Positions 18,800-27,787 of a stretch of DNA of 64,000 nt are shown here, piece by piece. The position numbers and the translations under genes are program-made. Numbering within the stretch: the stretch's first letter is position 1; each line of letters starts with the position of its first letter. The stretch is from Actinomycetota bacterium. Lineage in GTDB: Bacteria > Actinomycetota > UBA4738 > CALAEC01. The DNA lies in the NCBI GenBank assembly GCA_036001425.1, contig DASYUI010000002.1:2257-66256 (forward strand), given 5' to 3'. Below the pieces are notes generated by a model that did no database searches, was not told the DNA's origin, and saw only the letters and a program-made list of their open reading frames with translations.

Positions 18800-19018
18800 A
18801 TGACCACCGGAACCGTGAAGTGGTTCTCCGCCGAGAAGGGCTTCGGCTTCATCACCCCGGACGACGGTGGCCCCGACGTGTTCGTGCACTTCAGCGCGAT
18901 CCAGGGCGAGGGCTACCGGAATCTGGACGAGAACATCAAGGTCGAATTCGACCTCACTCAGGGACAGAAGGGGCCGCAGGCCTCGAACGTCCGTCCCAGC
19001 GTGACCCAGAACGCGTAA
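18800..19018 (+). CDS. cspA: Cold-shock protein CspA family
   Basis: [31 protein letters not shown] contains the RNP1/RNP2 motifs. The ATG at 18800 is preceded by AGGAAGGAGGG. Confidence 0.92.
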   Translation: MTTGTVKWFSAEKGFGFITPDDGGPDVFVHFSAIQGEGYRNLDENIKVEFDLTQGQKGPQASNVRPSVTQNA

Positions 19019-19033
19019 GTGGCCTGGGCGAGA

Positions 19034-19059
19034 GAGAGCGCGCCAGTCGGCGCGCTCTC
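19034..19059 (+). terminator. GC-rich hairpin after cspA
   Basis: Perfect 11-bp stem gagagcgcgcc / ggcgcgctctc with loop agtc, beginning 16 nt after the cspA stop codon. There is no U-tract. Confidence 0.55.
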
Positions 19060-19095
19060 CCCGCCCTCCGAAGCTGTGCGGCGGATGGGAGAGCG

Positions 19096-19293
19096 ATGGG
19101 AACTGCCTCGGACGTTTACCGAACGGAGCGAGGAACGGTGTGGCGCATCATCCACTCGGCTGAGGGTGGCCTGCACGTCGAGCTTCTGAAGAACGAGGAG
19201 TGGGTTCGCGGTCCGATCGGGATGGCCGGCCTCCGCCTGTCACCGTCGACCACGCAGCTCACCGCGGCCGCCGTCCGCGAGCTTCCGGCCTGA
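19096..19293 (+). CDS. Hypothetical small protein
   Basis: 65-aa ORF (MGTASDVYRTERGTVWRIIHSAEGG...) inside ORF 18820..19293. No recognised family. Confidence 0.3.
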   Translation: MGTASDVYRTERGTVWRIIHSAEGGLHVELLKNEEWVRGPIGMAGLRLSPSTTQLTAAAVRELPA

Positions 19294-19376
19294 CTCATCC
19301 GATCGATCGAATGAGCGCCCGCAAGTTGCGTCTTCGATCCTGACGCCTCGCGGATAACGGCTCTTTCCGGGCTTCC

Positions 19377-19571
19377 CTACTCCCCATCAGGGAGTCGGAT
19401 GTGGAGCCGGACCGTGGTGCCGGCCGGGGCTGCAACCCCATGCCCGTCGATGAACGAAAGCTCGGTCAGATCGAGGACGACCTTTCCCTCCGACCGGGAA
19501 TCGACGGCCTTGCGGAGCACGTCCGACAGCGCGGCCCACGTGGCCACGTCGACATCCCCCGAGACGGACAT
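19377..19571 (-). pseudogene. Truncated STAS-domain (anti-sigma-factor antagonist) fragment
   Basis: 64 aa. GDVDVATWAALSDVLRKAV...VVLDLTELSFIDGHGV matches the central part of STAS domains only; the N- and C-terminal parts are missing. Confidence 0.35.
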
Positions 19572-19623
19572 TTCCTCCCCATCGGAGCCATCCTACGCCC
19601 GGAGATGCCGCCCCCAGCGTCGA

Positions 19624-20574
19624 TCAGCCCCGTACGAAGAGGGGGGACCCACAGAGCTGGTCCGTGTTCTCCAGGCGATCGGTGGGGACGGGGGCCTGGT
19701 CCGTCATGACCACCTCGAGCGACGTTCCGTCCACCCGGAACACCGTGGTGTGGACGTCGTAGAGACCGGGGTCCTCCCCTGTCCTCAGGGCCGTGGCCGC
19801 CACCAGGAAGTGCTCCCCCTCCTGCTGGAAGCACGCCCCCCAGTGGATGTGGGTGACCGACCCGTACGCCGCGAAAACCGCCGGCCCGGGAGGGAACCCG
19901 TACTCCTGGTGCCATGGGTCGCCCGGGGGCTCGACGGTGAAGCGGATCAGCGCTTGATCCCCTGAGGCCCGGCCCGGGTCGAACCGGTAGAGCTCGTAGA
20001 AGGCGGCAGGGCCGCCCGGGGCGATGGCGATGGCCACTTCCTCTTTGCCGTCACCGTCGACGTCGGGCGCCCCGAAGGCCTTGCACCCCGTGACCGGTGT
20101 CTCGCACTCCGGGAGGTCCTGCGGCTCGAGGGCGACGGCATCCGGCGTCCCGGCCGAGATCACCACTCGGGCCTGGTAGTGGACTCCTTCCGGTATCGGG
20201 TCGCACGCGGTCTCGGAGGGCCAGTACACGATCACCTCATCGAGCACCGCGTCGCCGTTCACGTCGGCTTCCAGGGTGCTGGCGTCGCACTCCGTGAAGG
20301 TCGGGCTGAACGTCCCCCCGGGCGACGGTCCAATCACGTTCGGACTCCTGTCACCGAGAGGGGTCTCTTCCCGGGAACCGAACACCTTCACGAGGCCGTA
20401 CAGCCCGGCCATGCTCCCGACCACCACCCAGACGGCAAGGATGCCCACCCGCGCCCGGCGAACCACGCGGCGACGCGCCTTCCGCCGGGAGACCTCGTCC
20501 GCCACACCCCTCAGGTCCACCGGGCGGGCCAGGCCTTTCAACTCCCGCCCGATCCGCTCATCGATCCCCGACAT
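19624..20574 (-). CDS. Putative anti-sigma factor / membrane-anchored extracytoplasmic protein
   Basis: The ATG at 20574 overlaps the end of the ECF sigma gene. A short cytoplasmic N-terminus is followed by one TM helix (VGILAVWVVVGSMAGLYGLV) and a roughly 250-aa Cys-containing external domain. Confidence 0.6.
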   Translation of the reverse strand: MSGIDERIGRELKGLARPVDLRGVADEVSRRKARRRVVRRARVGILAVWVVVGSMAGLYGLVKVFGSREETPLGDRSPNVIGPSPGGTFSPTFTECDASTLEADVNGDAVLDEVIVYWPSETACDPIPEGVHYQARVVISAGTPDAVALEPQDLPECETPVTGCKAFGAPDVDGDGKEEVAIAIAPGGPAAFYELYRFDPGRASGDQALIRFTVEPPGDPWHQEYGFPPGPAVFAAYGSVTHIHWGACFQQEGEHFLVAATALRTGEDPGLYDVHTTVFRVDGTSLEVVMTDQAPVPTDRLENTDQLCGSPLFVRG

Positions 20575-21076
20575 CGCCCACCTCCAGCTGGTCCGCGTCC
20601 TCCCCGAGAGCTCCGGCCAGGGACCGCCTCGCCCGGTGGAGTGCACTCTTCACCGTGCCTTCCGGGACCCGGAGGACGCCGGCGATCTCCGTCACGTCGA
20701 GATCGAGGAAGTAACGGAACACGGCGACCTCGCGTTGTCGCCGCGGCAGCGCCGCCAGTGCACGCTCAACGTCCGCCCGCCGCTCCACCTGGGCCGTGCC
20801 CGAGGGTGCCTCGGGCCGGGCGGCCAGACGGCGCCGGGCCCGGGCCTCAGCCATCGCTCGGCGGAACCGGTCGCGAAGCAGGTTCCTGGCCACGGTGGCG
20901 ACCCAGCCCGCGACGGATCCGATGTACTGGCCCCGCTCCGACCGCTCCCAGGCCCGTGCCAGCGCCTCTTGCACAGCGTCCTCCGCAGCGGGGAAGCTCC
21001 CGCACACGAGAGCCATCGCGTTCACCAGCCGCGGGTAGTCCGTGTCCAGGAAGCGCCTGATCTCCGCCTCGTTCAG
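20558..21076 (-). CDS. ECF-type RNA polymerase sigma-70 family factor
   Basis: Region 2 (AEDAVQEALARAWER) and region 4 (LPRRQREVAVFRYFLDLDVTEIAGVLRVPEGTVKSALHRAR) are present. The listed ORF starts at the ATG at 21025. Homologous N-terminal sequence (NEAEIRRFLDTDYPRLV) continues upstream to a CTG at 21076, which lies 6 nt after GGGAGG. Confidence 0.8.
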   Translation of the reverse strand: MNEAEIRRFLDTDYPRLVNAMALVCGSFPAAEDAVQEALARAWERSERGQYIGSVAGWVATVARNLLRDRFRRAMAEARARRRLAARPEAPSGTAQVERRADVERALAALPRRQREVAVFRYFLDLDVTEIAGVLRVPEGTVKSALHRARRSLAGALGEDADQLEVGDVGDR

Positions 21077-21146
21077 CCCTTACCTCCCGCGACGCTTCTC
21101 CCTCTGGACGAAGAAGAACGCTCCAGGGTTCGCCTCCGAGGGCGAT

Positions 21147-22085
21147 TCAGCCGGACGCCGGTGAGCGACGGGGGCGAGGCCGCACCTGTCGTTTCTTCGC
21201 CTCGTCGAGGGCCGCCCGTAGGCGGGAAACAGGGCCGGTGAGGCTCAACGCGCTCGCGAGCGCATCGAGCCGCCCGTCATCCCGCTCGCCCCTCACGGTC
21301 TCCACATCGAGATCGGTGCGGATGGGCACCACCTCCCGCATCGCGGCCAGATAGTCAGCCGCCTCGCGGATCCGGGACTTGAGGTGCCGCCCCCCGCGCA
21401 GGGGTCCGGGCCGGGACCGCTCGGCCCGGGCGTCCTCCTCCATGTCCTCGAGGGTGGAATAGGTCGCCACCAGGGCCCGGGCCATCACCTCGCCGACACC
21501 CCGGATCCCCGGAAGGCCGTCCGAGGGATCGCCCCGAAGGGTCGCGAAGTCCGCGTAGCGGCTCGGGTGAACGCCGTACCGGATCTCGACGCCTGCCTCG
21601 TCCAGGACGTCGAGCTGTGAAACCCCCCGTCTGGTGAACAGGACCCGGACCCCTGGATCGCGAACCAGCTGGATCAGGTCACGATCTCCGGTGACGATGT
21701 CCAGACGGTCGCCCCCCCGGGCCTGGGCACACAGCGATCCGATGGCGTCCTCCGCCTCCCACCCCACAGCCTCGGCGTGGGTCATGCCCGTGGCGACGAT
21801 GATCTCCCGGAGGGCGGGGAACTGCTCCGGGAGCCCTTCCGGGTCCGGAAGGCGCTGCGCCTTGTATCCCGCGTACACCGCCACCCGGGGCGCGGGCCTC
21901 CAGTGGTGGTCGAAGCAGTGCACGACCTCGTCGGGCCGCCGATCCTGGATCAGCCGGGCGCACATGTCCAGGTACCCGTGGAGGGCGTTGACCGGATGGC
22001 CGTGCCGGTCCGCGATCGAGGCCGGCAAGGCGAAGAAGGCCCGATACATCAGGCTGGACGTGTCGAGCAGCAGCCGTCTGGTCAT
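21147..22085 (-). CDS. 5'-3' exonuclease (FEN/Pol I N-terminal domain family)
   Basis: 312 aa. LLLDTSSLMYRAFFAL, VVHCFD, YKAQR, IVTGDRDLIQLV and the H3TH region GDPSDGLPGIRGVG are present. Confidence 0.85.
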   Translation of the reverse strand: MTRRLLLDTSSLMYRAFFALPASIADRHGHPVNALHGYLDMCARLIQDRRPDEVVHCFDHHWRPAPRVAVYAGYKAQRLPDPEGLPEQFPALREIIVATGMTHAEAVGWEAEDAIGSLCAQARGGDRLDIVTGDRDLIQLVRDPGVRVLFTRRGVSQLDVLDEAGVEIRYGVHPSRYADFATLRGDPSDGLPGIRGVGEVMARALVATYSTLEDMEEDARAERSRPGPLRGGRHLKSRIREAADYLAAMREVVPIRTDLDVETVRGERDDGRLDALASALSLTGPVSRLRAALDEAKKRQVRPRPRRSPASG

Positions 22086-22117
22086 GCGCGTCCCGTATCG
22101 AGCGCCGCCGCCATCAG

Positions 22118-22495
22118 CTAGCCGGCCTGACTGATCTCAAAGAGGTGGCCATCGGGATCGTGGAAGAACGCTCGCACCTCGAAACCGCGGTCCACCGGCG
22201 GGGTAACGAATTCGGCACCGCGCGCCGACAGCGTGTCGTACGCCTCCCGGCAATCGGGCACCCGGAAGATCAGTTCCGCGCTCACGCGATCAGGGTCGTC
22301 GGGTGGGGCGAAGGTCACGGTCGGCTTGTCTTCGGTCGGGCCTCCGCCCGTGACCAGGAGCAGCCAATTCCCCAGCAGCTGAAAGACGCACGAGGTCCCG
22401 CCGTATTCGCGGTACAGGGTCGCCCCGAGCACGTTCGTGTACCAGTCACGCGATCGCTCCATGTCGGAGACGACGAGCAGCCGAGTCAACTCCAT
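22118..22495 (-). CDS. VOC family protein
   Basis: This is the C-terminal 125 aa of ORF 22118..23302, from the ATG at 22495 (MELTRLLVVSDMERSRDWYTNVLG ... AFFHDPDGHLFEISQ). The rest of the long ORF is antisense to msrB and the methyltransferase gene. Confidence 0.75.
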   Translation of the reverse strand: MELTRLLVVSDMERSRDWYTNVLGATLYREYGGTSCVFQLLGNWLLLVTGGGPTEDKPTVTFAPPDDPDRVSAELIFRVPDCREAYDTLSARGAEFVTPPVDRGFEVRAFFHDPDGHLFEISQAG

Positions 22496-22579
22496 GTCCT
22501 CGGTTGGGAACGTCCCCACCGGTCCACCTCCCCTCCCGTCCTGGATCGTGCTCCCGTCATCAGGGACGATAATGGAGTC

Positions 22580-22975
22580 ATGGCGGAGATCACGAAGACC
22601 GAGCAGGAGTGGCGCAAGGAGCTCACGCCTGAGCAGTTCCGCGTGCTTCGCGAGCAAGGGACGGAGCGCGCGTTCAGCCACGAGTACGCCATGACGAAAG
22701 ACCACGGCGTCTTCCGGTGTGCGGGATGCGGTGCCGAGCTCTTTCGATCCGACGCGAAGTTCGACTCCGGCACGGGCTGGCCGAGCTTCACCGAGCCGGC
22801 CATGGCGGAGGCCGTGGACCTCCGGACCGACGTCTCCCTCGGTATGGTCCGAACCGAGGTCGTGTGCCGCCGGTGCGGCGGCCACCTGGGGCACGTGTTC
22901 GACGACGGTCCGGCCCCGACCGGGCTGCGCTATTGCATCAACGGCGTCTGTCTGGTGCTCGACCGGGAGGAGTGA
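22580..22975 (+). CDS. msrB: Peptide-methionine (R)-S-oxide reductase MsrB (Cys form)
   Basis: FRCAGCGAELF, GWPSF, VCRRCGGHLGHVFDDGP and TGLRYCING are present, giving the complete zinc-site and catalytic-Cys signature. ATG at 22580. Confidence 0.9.
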   Translation: MAEITKTEQEWRKELTPEQFRVLREQGTERAFSHEYAMTKDHGVFRCAGCGAELFRSDAKFDSGTGWPSFTEPAMAEAVDLRTDVSLGMVRTEVVCRRCGGHLGHVFDDGPAPTGLRYCINGVCLVLDREE

Positions 22976-23021
22976 GCCACCGCCCCGACCCGGGTCCACG
23001 GGGGCCGTCTCGGCTCTGGCC

Positions 23022-23471
23022 GTGAGCGATGCAGCGTGGCGATGGAGGAACGTGCCCCTCCCCGAAGCGCATCTGGCGCTCATGGGGGCGGGGATCGTGC
23101 TTGGGTTCTTCTTCCCGTGGAGGCTATTCCCCACGCCGTGGCTAGGACCGGTCCTTGGAGGGCCACTGGTGGTGGCGGGGGTGACTCTCGCGGCGTGGGC
23201 CGTGAGGGCCGCGGGCGAGGTCGATCTAGACAGATCCGACAGCCTGGTCGCTCGGGGACCGTACGCGTTCAGCCGGAATCCCATGTATCTGGCGTGGACC
23301 ATCCTCTATCTCGGGATCGCCTTCGTTCTGAGCTCTGGCTGGCTGATGGCCCTCCTTCCTGCGGTGATCCTCCTGACCCACCTGGTGATCCTGCGAGAGG
23401 AGGCGCACATGGATGCCCGCCTCGGCGAGGTGTATCGCGAGTACAGGGCCCGCGTACGGCGCTACCTCTAG
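23022..23471 (+). CDS. Isoprenylcysteine carboxyl methyltransferase (ICMT)/phospholipid methyltransferase-family membrane protein
   Basis: LVARGPYAFSRNPMYLAWTILYLGIAF ... REEAHMDARLGEVYREYRARVRRYL is the family signature. The GTG start at 23022 is inferred. Confidence 0.7.
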   Translation: MSDAAWRWRNVPLPEAHLALMGAGIVLGFFFPWRLFPTPWLGPVLGGPLVVAGVTLAAWAVRAAGEVDLDRSDSLVARGPYAFSRNPMYLAWTILYLGIAFVLSSGWLMALLPAVILLTHLVILREEAHMDARLGEVYREYRARVRRYL

Positions 23472-23603
23472 CCCTCTCCCTCCCGCGGCCGGTTGGCTCT
23501 CATGGGAGGAGAACCGGGCGTGAAGCCGGAGCTCTCGGCCCCGAGAGCGCTCAGGGATGCGTTCCTCCGCGCTCGCACATACCATGCGAACCTCGGAGAC
23601 TCC

Positions 23604-24617
23604 ATGGACCTGCGCCCCCTATCAAAGGCCGACCTGCACCGGCACCTCGAAGGGGCCATCCGCCTGTCCACCATCATCGACATCTACCGGGAGGCAGGGG
23701 AGCCCCTCCCGGCCGATACCCCCGACGAGCTGGCTTCCGCGGCGCAGGTCCTCCAGCCCATGGACAGCCTGGAGGAAGTCCTGTCCTTCTTCCGCATCGC
23801 CCAGGGAGCGCTCCGAAGCTACGTGGACATCGAGCGGATCACGTACGAGGCCGTGGACGACCTGGCCTCGGACAACGTCCGCTTGGCCGAGCTGCGGTTC
23901 TCCCCCGACTTCATGTCCCGCCCGGCCGGCCTCGACTGGGACGGCGTCATGGAGGCCGTCCTCGCCGGGCTGGAGCGTGCCCGATCCGAACACGAGGTCG
24001 CGGTGGGGCTCATCGCCATCGTCAGCCGGTCCTACGGGATGGAGTCGGCCCGACGCACGGTGGAGTTCGCCGTGCGGCATCGTGAGCACTTGGTGGGATT
24101 CGACCTCGCCGACGACGAGCTCGCCTGGCCCGCCGGGCGGTTCGTCGAGGTGCTGGAACCGCTTCGCCATACCGGCCTCCCGCTCACGGCCCACTACGGT
24201 GAATCCGGCGGCCCCGAGTATCCGAAGGAGGCTATCGAGCGGCTGGGCGTTCGCCGGCTGGGCCATGGTGTGAGCGTGGGACGAAGCGCGGAGGTCACAG
24301 TGCTGGCCATCGAGCGTGGCGTGGCGCTCGAGATGTGCCCGACGTCCAACGTGCGGACCCGCGCCGTGCCGAGCATCGAGGAGCATCCGGCCCGGAGGCT
24401 GCTTCACCAGGGGGCCCTGGTCACCATCAACACGGACGACCCCGGTCTGTTTGGGATCGATCTCACCCACGAATTCGACGTCGCCCGAAACAACCTGGGG
24501 TTCGAGGAGAGCGACTTCCGCGCGGTGACGGAGAATGCCATCGCGGCGAGCTTCCTCCCCGAGAGCGTCAAGGCCGAGGTCCGCCGGCGGCACTTCGGCT
24601 GGCTGACGGATGGGTGA
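23604..24617 (+). CDS. add: Adenosine deaminase
   Basis: SKADLHRHLEGAIR, LAELRFSP, HYGESGG and VTINTDDPGLF are the metal-ligand and catalytic motifs of adenosine deaminase. ATG at 23604 within ORF 23493..24617. Confidence 0.85.
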   Translation: MDLRPLSKADLHRHLEGAIRLSTIIDIYREAGEPLPADTPDELASAAQVLQPMDSLEEVLSFFRIAQGALRSYVDIERITYEAVDDLASDNVRLAELRFSPDFMSRPAGLDWDGVMEAVLAGLERARSEHEVAVGLIAIVSRSYGMESARRTVEFAVRHREHLVGFDLADDELAWPAGRFVEVLEPLRHTGLPLTAHYGESGGPEYPKEAIERLGVRRLGHGVSVGRSAEVTVLAIERGVALEMCPTSNVRTRAVPSIEEHPARRLLHQGALVTINTDDPGLFGIDLTHEFDVARNNLGFEESDFRAVTENAIAASFLPESVKAEVRRRHFGWLTDG

Positions 24618-24735
24618 GGCTCGTGACGACCCGAAGAAAGTCAGGCCGGCAGCGGACCGTGGAAGCGGACGGCGCCTATGCCATCTGCGAGCGCCGCACC
24701 CGATGGCGGATCCCCCGTTGCGGTGCTCGGGCCGG

Positions 24736-25512
24736 TCAGCTCCGCTGGGACGGCTTGACGATGCTGAACGTCCCGCCCTGCGGGTCGGCGACCACGGCGA
24801 ACTTGCCGAAGGGGCTGTCGGTCGGGGGGACCGAGATCTTTCCGCTCAGCTCCTCGATCCTCTTGGCCGCCGCATCGGCGTCCTCGACCGCGAAGTAGAC
24901 CATCCAGTGAGCGGGGATCTCCTGAGGCCAGTTCTCGTCCATGGCGAACATGCCGCCCACGTCCAACTCATCGAGCCTGAACGTCGTGTACCGGAACCCG
25001 TCGAAGTCCTGCTCCACGGCCTGCCACGGGAGCAGCGTCGTGTAGAACTCTCTGGCCTTGTTGGTGTCCCGAGTGCTCAGCTCGTTCCAGGTCATGCTCC
25101 CGGGCTCGTCGAGCAGCTCGGCACCTCCCATGGTCTTGGGCTGCCAGAACCCGATCCCGGCCCCGGTGGGGTCGAATAGGAAGGCGATCCTCCCCGTGTC
25201 CATGACGTCCGCGGGCGCCATCGCCACGCTGGCGCCCAGCTCGGCGCCGTGCGCGGCGATCTTGTCCACGTCGTCGACGTACACGTAGGGGACCCACATC
25301 GGCGGGACCCCCGCCTGCTGCTGCTCAGGCGGCTGTGTCCCCATCCCGGCCACCTGCCGCCCGTCCTTGCGGAACAAGAAGTAGGTCCCGCCCTCACCTG
25401 TGGGCACCGGTTCGGCCTCCCACCCGAACAGCTCGCTGTAGAACCTACGACCCGCCTCCGGGTCGGGAAGCTGAAGGTCGGTCCAAGAGATCTTTCCGTG
25501 CGGGTGTTCCAT
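24736..25512 (-). CDS. Two-domain VOC family protein
   Basis: 258 aa with two glyoxalase-like halves (ISWTDLQLPDPEAGRRFYSELFGW and MTWNELSTRDTNKAREFYTTLLPW). Confidence 0.8.
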   Translation of the reverse strand: MEHPHGKISWTDLQLPDPEAGRRFYSELFGWEAEPVPTGEGGTYFLFRKDGRQVAGMGTQPPEQQQAGVPPMWVPYVYVDDVDKIAAHGAELGASVAMAPADVMDTGRIAFLFDPTGAGIGFWQPKTMGGAELLDEPGSMTWNELSTRDTNKAREFYTTLLPWQAVEQDFDGFRYTTFRLDELDVGGMFAMDENWPQEIPAHWMVYFAVEDADAAAKRIEELSGKISVPPTDSPFGKFAVVADPQGGTFSIVKPSQRS

Positions 25513-25538
25513 GGCTCCTCCCCTCGAACAGTGGGGTC

Positions 25539-25985
25539 ATGCCCACCCTAGCAGGGATCAGAAATCCGCCCTACCGAGGCAACCCCGCCGTCGGGCATGA
25601 TGGCCTGGTGACCCTGCTCGGATCCCTCATCTACCTCTACGTCGGCTCCGACGACGTGCCGAGCGACGTGGCCTTCTACCGCGACCACCTCGGAGCGGAG
25701 GTCGTCTGGCACCATCGCGCGATGGGGACGGAGGTGGCCGCGGTCCGCCTGGGCGAGGGGCCGTTGGTGCTGCTCGCCGACCACCGGGAGGCTCCGAGCA
25801 TCCTGCCGATCTGGAGCGTCGAAGATATCGACGCCGCGCAGGAAGCGCTGGAGCGATCGGGATGGAGCGGTCCGGCGGATCGGGTCGAAGTTCCCGACGG
25901 CCCGTGCCTCTTGCTCCGCGACTCCAGTGGGAACCAGATCGGGTTGCTCCAACAGGTCCGCCCGGGCGTGATGGATCACCGCTGA
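25539..25985 (+). CDS. VOC family protein
   Basis: LIYLYVGSDDVPSDVAFYRDHLGAEVVW ... LLLRDSSGNQIGLLQ. The start is either the ATG at 25539 or the GTG at 25608. Confidence 0.6.
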   Translation: MPTLAGIRNPPYRGNPAVGHDGLVTLLGSLIYLYVGSDDVPSDVAFYRDHLGAEVVWHHRAMGTEVAAVRLGEGPLVLLADHREAPSILPIWSVEDIDAAQEALERSGWSGPADRVEVPDGPCLLLRDSSGNQIGLLQQVRPGVMDHR

Positions 25986-26097
25986 CCCGGCACGACCGGC
26001 TCCTATCCCGACTACCCGCCGACCAGTGGCACCCCACTGGGTGAGCGCAATCCTCGTACCGCCCGCGACCGAACGTTCCGGCTTATGCTCGCGAGCG

Positions 26098-27114
26098 ATG
26101 GGAACTGGGAAGTCACTGTCCGTCACCTGCGTCGACTACCACACCGCGGGCGAGCCGTTCCGGATCGTCAGCGGCGGAGTGCCCCCGCTCCGCGGGAAGA
26201 CCATCCTCGACCGGCGGTCGTACGCGGCGGAGCACCTCGACGACTTCCGCCGGCTCCTGGTCCAGGAACCGCGGGGCCACGCCGACATGTACGGCTGTTT
26301 CGTGACCGAGCCCGAGGACGATGGCGCCGACCTCGGCGTGGTGTTCTTCCACAACGACGGCTACAGCACGGCGTGCGGACACGGCACGATCGCCCTGGCG
26401 ACCTGGGCCATCGAGTCGGGACTCGTCGCCGCGGAGGGCGGCGAGATACCGGTGGTCGTGGACGTGCCAAGCGGCAGAGTCCGAGCTATCTGCGGCGTTG
26501 TGGACGATCGCGTGACCTGGGTCCGCTTTCGGAACGTCCCCGCGTTCGTTCAGGATCGCCCCGTCGCGCTGGACACGTCCTCTGGCCCGGTCACAGCCGA
26601 GGTCTCGTACGGCGGGGCCTACTACGCGTCGGTTCGCGCTTCCGATGTCGGGCTCGGGGTGGAGCCGCCCAATGTGAACGCCTTCATCGCCCTCGGCCGC
26701 GAGATCAAGCGACTCCTGAACGAGGGCGAGGCCGCCGCCCACCCGGAAGATGCGCGACTGAGTGGCGTCTACGGCGTGATGTTCTTCGAGGACATCGCCG
26801 ACGACACGGTGCCCCTCCGCCAGCGCAGCGTGACGGTCTTCGCCGACGGCGAGGTCGACCGGTCGCCCTGCGGAAGCGGGACGTCGGCCCGCCTGGCCCT
26901 CCTTCACCGCGACGGCCGACTTCGTACGGGACAGCGGATGGCGCACGAGAGCATCATCGGCACGGAGTTCACGGCCGCGGTCGTGGAGGAGACGGAGGCG
27001 TACGGGCAGCCGGCGGTCGTCACGGAGATCGAAGGTCGGGCCCACCGGACCGGCTATCACCAGTTCGTCCTCGAGGCCGGCGACGATCTGGGGACGGGGT
27101 TCCTCTTGCGCTGA
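26098..27114 (+). CDS. Proline racemase / 4-hydroxyproline epimerase family protein (Cys/Cys type)
   Basis: VDYHTAGEPFRIV, GYSTACGHGTIA and DRSPCGSGTSARLA are present, so both catalytic Cys positions are occupied. ATG at 26098. Confidence 0.85.
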   Translation: MGTGKSLSVTCVDYHTAGEPFRIVSGGVPPLRGKTILDRRSYAAEHLDDFRRLLVQEPRGHADMYGCFVTEPEDDGADLGVVFFHNDGYSTACGHGTIALATWAIESGLVAAEGGEIPVVVDVPSGRVRAICGVVDDRVTWVRFRNVPAFVQDRPVALDTSSGPVTAEVSYGGAYYASVRASDVGLGVEPPNVNAFIALGREIKRLLNEGEAAAHPEDARLSGVYGVMFFEDIADDTVPLRQRSVTVFADGEVDRSPCGSGTSARLALLHRDGRLRTGQRMAHESIIGTEFTAAVVEETEAYGQPAVVTEIEGRAHRTGYHQFVLEAGDDLGTGFLLR

Positions 27115-27173
27115 TTGCTTGTTCTGCCCGCGACCTCCTCCTATCATCGGCTCGACCGGAGGAGAGGGGGCAC

Positions 27174-27563
27174 ATGAATCCCAGGCAGTTCCTCATCATC
27201 GGTGGAGCCGTGCTCGTGCTCGTCGGGATCCTCGGGTTCGTCGGGGTGATCGGCCCGACGCTGAGCGACAGTATCTTCGGCGACCCGTGGTGGTTCGACA
27301 ACGGCGAGAACTGGGCGCACACCTTGCTCGGGGTCGCTGGCATCGCCGCGGCGTTCGTGCTGCCGGCGGGGGCACAGCGAGGGCTGGTCCTTCTGCTCGG
27401 GGCGGTCGGGATCTTCTTCGCCGTCTACAACATCTTCACGGAGGAGTTCCTGGGCACGAACCTTGAGCGGCCGGCGGACACCCTGCTGCACCTCGCTGTT
27501 GGGGCGTGGGCCCTCTTCGCGGGTGTGGCCGGGCGGCGAGCCGCGACGGGCATGCGGGCCTGA
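27174..27563 (+). CDS. Small integral membrane protein (DUF4383-like)
   Basis: 129 aa starting at the ATG at 27174, after GGAGGAGAGGGGG. It has four hydrophobic helices and the segment WWFDNGENWAHTLLG. Confidence 0.55.
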   Translation: MNPRQFLIIGGAVLVLVGILGFVGVIGPTLSDSIFGDPWWFDNGENWAHTLLGVAGIAAAFVLPAGAQRGLVLLLGAVGIFFAVYNIFTEEFLGTNLERPADTLLHLAVGAWALFAGVAGRRAATGMRA

Positions 27564-27787
27564 CGAGCCCAGCGAAGCCTTTCGTGGGGACGGGAGACGT
27601 TGGAGCACTCGCGACCGTAGGCCGCGTTCGCTGTGTAGGCTGACCTCGCCCGCCGGCGCTGATCCACCAGATGTCGGGCGGCGAATACCCATGAGCCGTG
27701 AATACAACGCACGTCCTGCCCGCCCGCGCCGCGATGGCCGCTGGACCCCCCCACCCGCCGGCCGCCCAGGAGGAGGATCGCGTCCTG

